A DNA stretch of 56,162 nt from an archaeon (GTDB taxonomy: Archaea > Nanobdellota > Nanobdellia > Woesearchaeales > GW2011-AR9): assembly GCA_043812455.1 (NCBI GenBank), contig JBDRMB010000015.1, positions 1 through 56,162 of the forward strand, given 5' to 3'. This document shows, in pieces, positions 19,409 to 28,651 of this stretch. The notes below the pieces were generated by a model, which was given only the letters and a program-made list of their open reading frames with translations, was not told the DNA's origin and ran no database searches. Numbering within the stretch: position 1 is the first letter of the stretch; each line of letters begins with the position of its first letter. Position numbers and translations under genes: made by a program.

Positions 19409-20044
19409 TTAATACTCAATCCCTCGCCTAGCCATCACTCCTTTGTCGAAATAATGTTTCTCTGCTTTCATCTCTGTAACTAAGTCAGCATTCTCTAGAA
19501 CTTCTATTGGTGCACCTCGACCGGTAAGGATCAGTTCAACGTCATCGGGTTTGTTGGCCATAAGGTTCAACACAAGTTCTACATTCAGAAATCCTAAACT
19601 AACTGCAGTATTGATCTCGTCCAGTACCACAACTTGATAATTTCCAGACATAACTACCTCTAAAGTTTTCTTGAACGCTTCTTCAACATAATCTCTTTGA
19701 ATAGCGTCATTTAAGAAACAGTACCGGCAAGTGCCACATTCGATATCTTCCCGAATATAATCAAAAAGTTTTTTGTTTTTATCTTCTTCACTTAAACTAA
19801 AAAAACCTTGAATCTTGAGTTGTTTCTGCTGCTTGATGCATGGTCTGCCAAATTGCATGATCTCAAAGTTTGGTAAGAAGTTTTTGGAAGCTACATATTC
19901 ACCTGTGTAAGCGCCACCTTTCATGTATTGGATCATGAAAACATTAAATCCTTGGCCAACGGCACGTAAAGATAATCCTAGAGAAGCAGTAGTTTTACCT
20001 TTTCCATCTCCAGTGTATACATGCACTAGCCCCTTCTTTTTCAT
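19409..20044 (-). CDS. cobO: Cob(I)yrinic acid a,c-diamide adenosyltransferase (CobA/CobO/BtuR) with Cys-rich insertion
   Basis: VYTGDGKGKTTASLG, IQYMKG, VVLDEI, ELILTGRGAP, ADLVTEM...KHYFDKGVMARRGIEY. Confidence 0.95.
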   Translation of the reverse strand: MKKKGLVHVYTGDGKGKTTASLGLSLRAVGQGFNVFMIQYMKGGAYTGEYVASKNFLPNFEIMQFGRPCIKQQKQLKIQGFFSLSEEDKNKKLFDYIREDIECGTCRYCFLNDAIQRDYVEEAFKKTLEVVMSGNYQVVVLDEINTAVSLGFLNVELVLNLMANKPDDVELILTGRGAPIEVLENADLVTEMKAEKHYFDKGVMARRGIEY

Positions 20045-20053
20045 ACCTAAACC

Positions 20054-22087
20054 TCATAAATTTTTACTCAATACCTGCCCGTCTTTACTTCCGTCCCGAT
20101 ATATTGTAATCCCTTTACATCCTAACTGATAAGCTAACAAGAAAACTTCTCGGACATCTTCAACAGTAGCATAGTACGGAAAATTAACAGTCTTAGAAAC
20201 AGCATTGTCTACATGTTTCTGGAACGTAGCTTGCATCTTGACATGATCTTCAGGAGTTAAGTCCATTGCTGTTAAAAATATTTTTTTAACATGATCTGGA
20301 ACTTCGTCAATATTCTGTACTGAACCTTGCTGAGCAATTTTTCTCATCAGATCTTCATTGTAAAATCCTTCTTCTTTGGCAATCTGTTCGAATAACGGAT
20401 TGATCTCTAACATTTCAAATTGTGAAGTTTTACGTAAGAATGATAATGCAAACAAAGGTTCAATGCTAGGTGAGCAAGAAGCAATTATTGATACTGTTCC
20501 GGTTGGCGAAATTGTTGTTCGGCAAGCGTTACGCAATCTATAAACCTCTTGATTGTTATCATAAACTGAACCTTGGTAATTTGGAAATAATCCTCTGGTT
20601 TTTGCTAAATTACATGAAGCAGCCCGCGCTTCATCGTTAATCAAACGCATTACTTTGTCAGCAGTTTCAATTGCTTCTTCAGAATTGTATGGTACTTTCA
20701 TTTTAATTAACAGATCTGCCCAGCCCATCACTCCTAAACCCACTTTTCTGTTACCGTTAATTATCCTAGCGGTTTCAGCTAAAGGTACAACATTAAATTC
20801 AGTAGCATTATCTAAGAAATGAATTGCATTGTGGACAGTACGTTTAAGTTTGTGCCAATCAATCACCATAGCATTTTTTTCTAAATCTTTAATAACGTGG
20901 TTGGATAAATTAATTGAACCTAAAATTACTGATTCATAAGGCAACAGTGGTTGTTCTCCGCAAGGACTTGTAGTTTCAATTTCACCTAATTTAGGTGTGG
21001 GATTACTTCGAGGACTGTTAATTCTGTTTAAGAACACTATTCCCGGGTCACCATTTTTCCAGGCCATAGTTGCAATCAGGTCTAAAGTTCGTTTGGCGTT
21101 AAGTTTTCCTACTACTTGGCCATTACGTGGATTGATTAGTTCATAATTTTCTTCTTTCTCAAGAGCGTCCATGAACTGTTCAGTAATTCCCACTGAAAGA
21201 TTATAATTAGTAATGATGTCTTGGCTTTCTTTACAGGTTATAAAATCTAAAATGTCAGGATGGTCAACACACAAAATTGCCATGTTGGCTCCACTTCTTC
21301 TTCCACCTTGTTTAATCTCTCCTATAGCTTTGTCAAATATTTTTAAGAAAGCTAACGGTCCAGAAGCCACACCATGCATTTTGTTAACTACATCACCCCT
21401 AGGTCTGATTCTAGAGAATGAAAAGCCAGTACCGCCGCCACGGCGATGGATTATTGCAGCATGTTTTAGCGAAGTGAAAATTCCTTCAGTAGTATCATCT
21501 AATGGCAAAGAAAATACTGAAGATAATTGACCATTTTCTGTACCTGCATTCATTAACAAAGGTGAATTTGGTATAAATTCAAGAGAAGTCATCATCCTGA
21601 AGAATTTCTCTTTCGCATCTTCAACGTTGCCCCCAAAATGGATTTCAGCAGAAGCTATATGATTAGCTACCCGTTCAAACATTTCTTTTGGTGTTTCTAC
21701 AGTCCGGCCATTTTCGTCTTTCAATAAATATCTAGCTTCAATTACTTTGAAGGCGTTCAGTCCTAACTTACAATCGTCAATGATACCTGCTCGAGATTTA
21801 GCTTCTCGGACTTCTTTTCGTTTCTGTCGGTAAAGAATAAAACTTTTAGCAGTACTTGTTTGACCTTCTTCAATTAAAACTTTTTCAATGGTATCTTGAA
21901 CAGTTTCCATGTCAATGATTTCTTGATCAGCAATGTAAAGATAATCTTGTACTAAGCCAGAAAGGTCTTTAGCAAGCTCGTAATCATTACCACCCACTGA
22001 TTGAATAGCCTTAAAAATAGCAGAAGTAATCTTTTCTGGATCGAAATCTACCAATTCTCCGTTTCTAGTTCTTACTTTTGGTGGCAT
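20054..22087 (-). CDS. nrdJ: Class II (adenosylcobalamin) ribonucleotide reductase homolog with ATP cone and atypical active site
   Basis: ATP cone, RYLLKD, PNSPLLMNAG, GGGTG, KQGGRRSGANM, PCGEQPL, RKVGLGVMG, PTGT, KGITIYRDGS. Redox Cys positions are Val191 and Val387. Confidence 0.9.
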   Translation of the reverse strand: MPPKVRTRNGELVDFDPEKITSAIFKAIQSVGGNDYELAKDLSGLVQDYLYIADQEIIDMETVQDTIEKVLIEEGQTSTAKSFILYRQKRKEVREAKSRAGIIDDCKLGLNAFKVIEARYLLKDENGRTVETPKEMFERVANHIASAEIHFGGNVEDAKEKFFRMMTSLEFIPNSPLLMNAGTENGQLSSVFSLPLDDTTEGIFTSLKHAAIIHRRGGGTGFSFSRIRPRGDVVNKMHGVASGPLAFLKIFDKAIGEIKQGGRRSGANMAILCVDHPDILDFITCKESQDIITNYNLSVGITEQFMDALEKEENYELINPRNGQVVGKLNAKRTLDLIATMAWKNGDPGIVFLNRINSPRSNPTPKLGEIETTSPCGEQPLLPYESVILGSINLSNHVIKDLEKNAMVIDWHKLKRTVHNAIHFLDNATEFNVVPLAETARIINGNRKVGLGVMGWADLLIKMKVPYNSEEAIETADKVMRLINDEARAASCNLAKTRGLFPNYQGSVYDNNQEVYRLRNACRTTISPTGTVSIIASCSPSIEPLFALSFLRKTSQFEMLEINPLFEQIAKEEGFYNEDLMRKIAQQGSVQNIDEVPDHVKKIFLTAMDLTPEDHVKMQATFQKHVDNAVSKTVNFPYYATVEDVREVFLLAYQLGCKGITIYRDGSKDGQVLSKNL

Positions 22088-22206
22088 TTTACAATAGGTT
22101 TAGTGTTTTTATTATTAAGGGTTGTTTATATAGTTTTTAGTGTTAGAGAGTTTATATCCTAACAAAACCTGAAACCTTTAAAAACCCTAAGATTTTCTTT
22201 TCAAAC

Positions 22207-22725
22207 ATGGTTTCAATTATCCTGAAAGCATTGTACTTCTTTTTACCTGCTTATTTTGCTAACATGGCACCAGTCATTTTCAGGAAAATTCCACTGTTGG
22301 GAATTCCAATCTATGAAAAATGGTTTGGAAAGAACAAAACTTGGCGTGGGTTAATTGTTGGAGTACTGTTAGGAACTGGAATCTTCTTTATCCAGAGGTT
22401 GCTTTATACGAATAATCTCATGGCTGATTGGGTTTTGATAGATTATAGTGGATATACTTTCTTACTTGGATTATTGCTAGCTCTGGGAGCAATCTTAGGT
22501 GATATGGTGGAAAGTTATTTCAAACGTAAGAAAGGTCTTAAACCGGGCAAACCTTGGATTCCATGGGACCAGTTAGATTTTGTGCTAGGGGCTATTATCT
22601 TATCAGCATTTGTTTATGTGCCAGATATTCTAGTGATTGTAATCTTGTTATTGATCAGCCCTTTATTACACATTTTAGTGAACCATATCGCTTATTGGTT
22701 GAAAATTAGAAAGAGTAGGTATTAG
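22207..22725 (+). CDS. carS: CDP-archaeol synthase
   Basis: LPAYFANMAP, GKNKTWRG, GDMVESYFKR, WDQLDF. Confidence 0.9.
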   Translation: MVSIILKALYFFLPAYFANMAPVIFRKIPLLGIPIYEKWFGKNKTWRGLIVGVLLGTGIFFIQRLLYTNNLMADWVLIDYSGYTFLLGLLLALGAILGDMVESYFKRKKGLKPGKPWIPWDQLDFVLGAIILSAFVYVPDILVIVILLLISPLLHILVNHIAYWLKIRKSRY

Positions 22726-22787
22726 GATTTAAGTAGTAATTATGTTTGACTTGTTTTACTAAGTTTTTCTTTACTTTCTTTTTGAAC

Positions 22788-23369
22788 TCACTTCTCTTTA
22801 CTCATCCTAACCCGAGCAATCATATAATTAAATTGCATTATCAAAGAATATAGAGATAGTACTCCAACAGTCAAATAAGCAAGAGTGGCAATTATAACTG
22901 GACCCATCCAGTAACCTAATACTAAAATTAATACACAAGTTGTCCTTGAAAAAATTACCGGCAATTGTCTTCTGCTGCCAAAATACAATGCTTGTGTCAA
23001 CAGGAAGAAAGTAATTACTAATACTACATAATAATCCTGCAAGAAAAAGGCAATCTTGATTAACATTGCCAGATTAACAAGTCTGTCTGAGATTAAATCA
23101 TAATATTTACCGAATGTGGTTTCTTTACCAGCTGCCCGGGCCATGACGCCGTCTAACCCATCTGAAAATAAGTGTACCAAAACTAGAACTACGAAGGCAA
23201 TATAATTAGTAAACAGGAAATAAGCAGCTGCCAGACCAGTTAATAACGAAATGGTAGTCATTAAGTTTGGATGAATTTTTAGTTTCAAGAATAGTTTAGC
23301 TATCGGCATCATGTATTTATCTCTGATCTTCCTAGTGCCACGAACTAACCACTTTCTAAATTTATCCAT
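22788..23369 (-). CDS. CDP-alcohol phosphatidyltransferase family protein
   Basis: HPNLMT and DGLDGVMAR...GKYYDLISDR signature. Confidence 0.92.
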   Translation of the reverse strand: MDKFRKWLVRGTRKIRDKYMMPIAKLFLKLKIHPNLMTTISLLTGLAAAYFLFTNYIAFVVLVLVHLFSDGLDGVMARAAGKETTFGKYYDLISDRLVNLAMLIKIAFFLQDYYVVLVITFFLLTQALYFGSRRQLPVIFSRTTCVLILVLGYWMGPVIIATLAYLTVGVLSLYSLIMQFNYMIARVRMSKEK

Positions 23370-23408
23370 GAGTAAAGTATATAAAGAAACAGTATAAAAA
23401 AGTTACTG

Positions 23409-24134
23409 ATGAAAAGCTTGTTTATTGAGACTAAGTATGAAGGAAAATTAGATCTATCTGGAGATGTAGCCAAAGAGTTAGTTAGCAAACTTCCAGAGCA
23501 GTTAGTTCTAGCTGCTAGTTTACAGTATCTAGAACAATTAGACGAATTAAAATCTTATCTGGAACAAAATGGTAAGAAAGTTATCTTATTCCAGAGCTTG
23601 CACAGCAAGTATCCTGGCCAGAGTTTAGGGTGTGATATTCAAAAGTTCGAAATTAAACAACAGGATAATAATCTTGATACTAATCAGGATAAAATAAATT
23701 ATGATGCTTTCTTATACTTAGGTGATGGAATGTTCCATCCGACAGCTTTAGCATACGGTAATGAAAAACCAGTATTTATTTACAATCCATTTGCTCATGA
23801 AGGACAGGAAATTAAAGAACTAGACAAGAATTATTGGGAGAAGGCTAAAAAAAGAAAAAATGCACTCCTTGCAAAATTGATTAGTTCAGATAATATAGGT
23901 GTTCTTGTTACAAGAAAGCCGGGGCAGAACCAAAGCAAAATTGCAGAAGAGTTGAGAGTTAAGTTAGAAGAAAAAGGTAAAAAGGTATTTGTATTTATTG
24001 CAGACAATATTAATATTCTTGGATTGCAAGACTTCAATTTCATTGATGTCTGGGTTAATACTGCTTGTCCAAGAATGGTTGAAGATTTCCCCTGCTTGAA
24101 TTGGCAGGATTTGAAAGAGATTAATTATTTTTAG
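23409..24134 (+). CDS. dph2: Diphthamide biosynthesis protein Dph2-like, N-terminally short
   Basis: GQSLGC, DAFLYLGDGMFHP, IGVLVTRKPGQ, VNTACPR. Confidence 0.85.
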   Translation: MKSLFIETKYEGKLDLSGDVAKELVSKLPEQLVLAASLQYLEQLDELKSYLEQNGKKVILFQSLHSKYPGQSLGCDIQKFEIKQQDNNLDTNQDKINYDAFLYLGDGMFHPTALAYGNEKPVFIYNPFAHEGQEIKELDKNYWEKAKKRKNALLAKLISSDNIGVLVTRKPGQNQSKIAEELRVKLEEKGKKVFVFIADNINILGLQDFNFIDVWVNTACPRMVEDFPCLNWQDLKEINYF

Positions 24135-24372
24135 CGACTATAAAAACAATTTCTAAGAACTTAATTCTACTTGCTTTATTTTCTTTCTTTTTAATTAGTG
24201 AGAACTTCTGGTCATAAATATTTAACTGTTTCTAGACGTTAGCAAAAAATGTTATCGTCGGGCAACTTGTAGAAAGATTTAAATACTATAGAATTTTCTC
24301 TATTCGAGTAATAAGTCGATTTCTTCGACTGAAAAGATAAAAAAATAAAAAAAAAGGTGAGGTGGTGCAGCT

Positions 24373-24801
24373 ATGGCAAATGCCCAAGTTGTAGCAAAGA
24401 CAGGTATTAAGAAAGAATCTGGTTACCTGTACTTTATTGACAAAAACGGTAATGTTTCTCGAGCTAAAATGAGTAGAGCAGGGAGAAAAAAAGGAAAAAC
24501 CAAAAAGGAAGTAGTAGCAAAAGTTGGTGTAAAGAAAGAATCTGGTTACCTATATTTTATTGATAAGAACGGTAACGTCTGCCGAGCAAAAATGGCTCGT
24601 GGTAGAAAAGCTGGTAAAAAGAAAGTAATGAAAAAGAAAGTAGCTAAGAAGAAGGTTGCAAAAAGAAAAGTTGCTAAGAAGAAAGTAGCTAAAAAGAAAC
24701 CTGCTAAGAAGAAAGTAGCTAAGAAGAAAGTAGCTAAGAAAAAAGTAGCTAAAAAGAAACTAGCAAAGAAAAAAGCTGCAGCTAAAAAGAAGAAAAGATA
24801 A
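24373..24801 (+). CDS. Basic protein with duplicated N-terminal module and histone-H1-like KKVAK tail
   Basis: Two copies of VAK.G.KKESGYLYFIDKNGNV.RAKM, then about 11 K-rich pentapeptide units; strong SD (GGTGAGG). Confidence 0.85.
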   Translation: MANAQVVAKTGIKKESGYLYFIDKNGNVSRAKMSRAGRKKGKTKKEVVAKVGVKKESGYLYFIDKNGNVCRAKMARGRKAGKKKVMKKKVAKKKVAKRKVAKKKVAKKKPAKKKVAKKKVAKKKVAKKKLAKKKAAAKKKKR

Positions 24802-24870
24802 ACTTTCTTTATTTTTTTTTAATTTGCTTATTTTTTATTTCTTTATGTGATTCAAACTATCAAGTTTAGA

Positions 24871-25272
24871 ATGGCAATTAACAATTGGAAAATTTGGCGA
24901 AAGTTTGGGTTAGTTAAGGTTCCTGAACATGAAACAGTTAAACCTATTGAGGATTTAGGTGCAGTTGTCGATTTCTTGAAATTAGTTTCTCATGATGTTA
25001 AAGTATTAGTTCCAGAACTGGAAAAATTACAGGAGTTAGAGAAAGAAAAAGCTGTAGCAAAAGAAGGTCTTTTGCAAGTAAATCTGGAATCACAAGGAAT
25101 AATCTTTGAAAAAATATTATTACGTTATCAATCTTTAGAAGACGATGTTTCAGTGAATGCTATTAGGGTAAAAAAGGTTGCACGGGAGTTCTTAAACAAT
25201 TGTGAAAAAGCAGGACTGAAAGATTATGCTAAAGAAAAGAAAAAGGATTTGAAGTGGAAACTTCGTTGGTAG
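24871..25272 (+). CDS. Hypothetical coiled-coil protein
   Basis: ORF track; ATG 24871 preferred as start. Confidence 0.65.
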   Translation: MAINNWKIWRKFGLVKVPEHETVKPIEDLGAVVDFLKLVSHDVKVLVPELEKLQELEKEKAVAKEGLLQVNLESQGIIFEKILLRYQSLEDDVSVNAIRVKKVAREFLNNCEKAGLKDYAKEKKKDLKWKLRW

Positions 25273-25281
25273 AATAAAAAA

Positions 25282-25842
25282 TTAAGGTTTAGTAAAAATT
25301 CTGTACTTCTCTTTACCTTGTATTTCTGAAATTATCCGTTTTATAATAATTGACTTTGGATCAGGTAATAATTTTACTCTATTCTTTAGATCTTCAAAAC
25401 TCTCAAACGGTTTTTCGGTCCTTGCAGCAAGTACCATGTTCATATGTTTTTTACCAAGTCCTGGTAAAAGTTCTAACTGGTGCATTCTTAATGACAGTGG
25501 TTGTGCTTTGTTAAAGAATTCAATAAACTGTGCTTCTTTTTTACTTACAACCTTACTAATTGCGTGTTCCAGTTCACTTCTTGCAGTAGAACTAAGCTTT
25601 TCATAAGGAATTCTACCTTTTGTGTGGTGGATTTCTTCTCTTTTACCTTCACCAATGTAAACTTCTTGCATCGGTTGCAGAAAAACATCTTTCTTTGGAA
25701 CGAGTTCTAAGATTGTCAAATGTTCAGTACCAATTGCTTGAGCTACCGCTGCTTTTGAGAAACTACTGTTGCCACTCATCGCATAACCATTTTTCAGATA
25801 GTCTAGGATAATAGCATTCTCTTCTGCGTTAGATCTTTCCAT
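25282..25842 (-). CDS. DUF655 family putative nucleic-acid-binding protein (HhH)
   Basis: ILDYL, AQAIG, LRMHQLELLPGLGKK; conserved position after rpo4. Confidence 0.9.
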   Translation of the reverse strand: MERSNAEENAIILDYLKNGYAMSGNSSFSKAAVAQAIGTEHLTILELVPKKDVFLQPMQEVYIGEGKREEIHHTKGRIPYEKLSSTARSELEHAISKVVSKKEAQFIEFFNKAQPLSLRMHQLELLPGLGKKHMNMVLAARTEKPFESFEDLKNRVKLLPDPKSIIIKRIISEIQGKEKYRIFTKP

Positions 25843-25964
25843 TTTACAATTTCCACCCCTTGGAACTGTCTAGAAATACTTTTAAGTTAATAAAGCTTAT
25901 TGTTTTAGACTTTCTACACCTAAAAAACTTTAAGAAAATCATAAAAAATTAGATGAATCAAAAC

Positions 25965-26309
25965 CTAAACAATCTTCTTAACTTCATCAACAATTGCTTG
26001 CTGATCTTTTTTAGGTAGTGTTAAAGGATATGCTTGCAAAACAACTCTCAAATCTTCAACATCTTTTGGTAAGAAATCAGTAATTTTTGAAATGTGTTCG
26101 TCTTTTAATCGAGTTAAGTTCAAACCTTCTAGGCCTTTCCTTAAATTTTCGTAATCTTTGGCACTAATTTTCACGAAAGCGTCCATGTGCTCTTTAGTTT
26201 TCTGAGATAATAAACCTAATTCTTCATCTCTTTTTTCAATATCTTTCATGATATTTTTAACTTCTGCCAAAGCGATTGGCTTCTCTTCTAAAATTTCTGG
26301 ATTGGTCAT
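25965..26309 (-). CDS. rpoF: DNA-directed RNA polymerase subunit Rpo4 (F)
   Basis: EEKPIALAEVK, KITDFLPKDVEDLR; rpl21e-rpoF-DUF655 gene order. Confidence 0.88.
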   Translation of the reverse strand: MTNPEILEEKPIALAEVKNIMKDIEKRDEELGLLSQKTKEHMDAFVKISAKDYENLRKGLEGLNLTRLKDEHISKITDFLPKDVEDLRVVLQAYPLTLPKKDQQAIVDEVKKIV

Positions 26310-26332
26310 TTTATTTTTTTATTAACTCAATT

Positions 26333-26626
26333 TTACTTTAATCTAATCATATGAATTGGATGAACAACTAAAGTTTTAATTTTACCACCATCCTTAATTT
26401 CCACTTCGTAACATCGACCTTTTTTGCCAGTAATTTTTCCAGCTCTACCGTGAAATCTTGGAAAAAATTGTCCTTTAGCGATTGCAGAATTAATTTTTAA
26501 TCCTACTCGGTCACCGTTTTCGAACTGTTGGAAATATTTACTTAAAGGAATCTTACCTTTTTCAGCGGGCTTCCGTTTAAGTTTGCTCCTAGTTTTTCTT
26601 CGGCATGTACCTATTCTTGTAACCAT
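26333..26626 (-). CDS. rpl21e: 50S ribosomal protein L21e
   Basis: RRKTRSKL, FENGDRV, PRFHGRAG, DGGKIKTLVVHPIHM; ATG 26626. Confidence 0.95.
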   Translation of the reverse strand: MVTRIGTCRRKTRSKLKRKPAEKGKIPLSKYFQQFENGDRVGLKINSAIAKGQFFPRFHGRAGKITGKKGRCYEVEIKDGGKIKTLVVHPIHMIRLK

Positions 26627-26786
26627 ATCTGGTTTTATTTTAATGAAAGGTTTATAAAACTTATGGTTGATTTTTGATAAAGTAGGTATGTAGAGCAATA
26701 TTTGCACAGTATCTTTAAAATATCTTTAAGGATCTTTAAGGGAAAGTAAGTTTAAAGAAAGTTAGAAACCGGAATAAGTAACTGGG

Positions 26787-28583
26787 ATGCATAATAAAAA
26801 ACAAGAATTGAAAATGAGTAAGGAATTTTATCAAGAAATTATTAAGGAACTAAAAGAGAATGATTTTACAGAAAGACAGTTCGCTAAACTGAAACGAGAT
26901 CTGTGCCTGAAACATAGCATGAAAACTATTCCTACTAACATTCAAATTTTAATGCATTTGCCAGAAGAAGAAATTTCACAATTAAAACATAAATTAGTGA
27001 CCAAACCAGTAAGAAGTATTTCCGGTGTGGCACCAGTAGCAATAATGACTAAACCAATGCCTTGCCCGCACGCTAAAACTGTTGGACCGTGCATAATGTG
27101 TCCTGGTGGTGTTGACAGTTCTTTTGGTAATGTGCCCCAATCTTATACCGGTAAAGAACCAGCAACAATGCGCGGTATTAGAAACAAGTATGATCCTTAT
27201 TTTCAAGTGTTTAACCGCCTAGAACAGTATATTATTCTTGGACATAACTGTGAAAAAGTTGAACTGATTTTAATGGGCGGTACTTTTCCAAGCTTTCCTT
27301 TAGAATATCAAGAAGAATTTGTCAAATATGCATTCAAGGCAATGAATGACTTCTCTGAAATGTTTTATGTTGATAATGAATTTGATTATGTTAAATTCAA
27401 AGAATTTTTTGAATTGCCTGTTGAATTTGGTCAATTAGGAGATAAAGATCGAATTGCGCGGATTCAGTCAAAGTTAAGTGAACTGCATGGTAAATGTGAA
27501 TTAGTTGATATGCAGAAAAATAACGAAACTGCAAAAATTAAATGTGTGGCTTTGTGTATCGAAACTCGTCCAGATTATGGGATGCTTGAACATGGCAATC
27601 AAATGTTAAGATTGGGTTGCACTCGTGTGGAGTTAGGTGTGCAGTCTGTGTATGATGATGTTTTGGAAAAGATCAGGCGTGGACATACTGCAGCAGATAC
27701 AATTAAGTCTATCAAAGTTTTGAAAGATTTAGGATTTAAGATTGCAGCACATTACATGCCCGGATTAATGAGTCTAGTGGAGAAAGATGGAATTAAAGCA
27801 CGTGAAATGGACTTAGAAGGGATGAAACAGTTGTTCTATGATCCTAACTATAAACCAGACATGTTAAAATTATATCCTTGTATGGTAACTAAAGGAACTG
27901 AATTATACAATATTTGGAAAAAAGGTGATTACCGGCCATTGGATACAGAACAAGCAGCTAAACTTATTGCAGAGTTCAAACCGTTCATTCCAGAATATTG
28001 TAGGGTTCAAAGAGTGCAGCGTGACATTCCGAGTTATCAGATTGAAGCAGGAGTTGACATGACCAACCTTCGGCAGTACATGATGCAAAAGTATAATCCA
28101 AAATGTAAATGTATCCGGTGTCGCGAACCGAAAGGTAGGGATATTAATTGGGACAAAGTTGAACTTAACGTTGAAGAGTACGAAGCATCTGAAGGTAAAG
28201 AATTTTTCATATCTTTAGTTGATACTGGTGAGAATCATGATTATTTGCTCGGATTCTTACGATTACGTTTTCCTTCAGAATCTGCTTTTGGCAATGAGGA
28301 GTTTAAGAGTTCTAGACCGGAAATTACAAAAACTACTGCTTTAATAAGAGAACTGCATGTTTATGGTACTGCAACTGCACTTGGTGAAGAAGGTTCAGTA
28401 CAACATCGCGGACTAGGAAAACAGTTAATGGCAAAAGCTGAAGAGATTGCTAAAAAGCACGAAAAAAATAAAATTGTAGTTATTTCTGGAATTGGTGTTA
28501 GGGGCTATTATTACAAACTTGGTTACAGTTTAGAAGGACCTTACGCTGTGAAAAAGTTTAGGATAAGCGAAGAGTTTAAATAG
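26787..28583 (+). CDS. elp3: Elp3 tRNA U34 carboxymethyltransferase (radical SAM + GNAT)
   Basis: KPVRSISGV, CPH...CIMCPGG, QSYTGKEPA, ETRPD, RELHVYG, QHRGLGKQL. Confidence 0.96.
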   Translation: MHNKKQELKMSKEFYQEIIKELKENDFTERQFAKLKRDLCLKHSMKTIPTNIQILMHLPEEEISQLKHKLVTKPVRSISGVAPVAIMTKPMPCPHAKTVGPCIMCPGGVDSSFGNVPQSYTGKEPATMRGIRNKYDPYFQVFNRLEQYIILGHNCEKVELILMGGTFPSFPLEYQEEFVKYAFKAMNDFSEMFYVDNEFDYVKFKEFFELPVEFGQLGDKDRIARIQSKLSELHGKCELVDMQKNNETAKIKCVALCIETRPDYGMLEHGNQMLRLGCTRVELGVQSVYDDVLEKIRRGHTAADTIKSIKVLKDLGFKIAAHYMPGLMSLVEKDGIKAREMDLEGMKQLFYDPNYKPDMLKLYPCMVTKGTELYNIWKKGDYRPLDTEQAAKLIAEFKPFIPEYCRVQRVQRDIPSYQIEAGVDMTNLRQYMMQKYNPKCKCIRCREPKGRDINWDKVELNVEEYEASEGKEFFISLVDTGENHDYLLGFLRLRFPSESAFGNEEFKSSRPEITKTTALIRELHVYGTATALGEEGSVQHRGLGKQLMAKAEEIAKKHEKNKIVVISGIGVRGYYYKLGYSLEGPYAVKKFRISEEFK

Positions 28584-28651
28584 AATAAACTTTTATTTCT
28601 ATAGTAATTTAGACTAAATATTACATTCGAGGTTTTTGGAGAGGTGGATAA

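Noticed and set aside
20927-21517. Sequencing error or alternative genetic code as the explanation for Cys-to-Val in NrdJ
   Set aside because: GTA differs from TGY at all three positions at two independent sites, and conserved Cys elsewhere (DnaJ, Elp3, NrdJ C376) use TGY normally.
24615-24798. 15-nt tandem repeats that could be mistaken for a CRISPR array or VNTR
   Set aside because: They encode KKVAK units with synonymous variation; there are no spacers and no cas genes. No CRISPR array was seen in the window.
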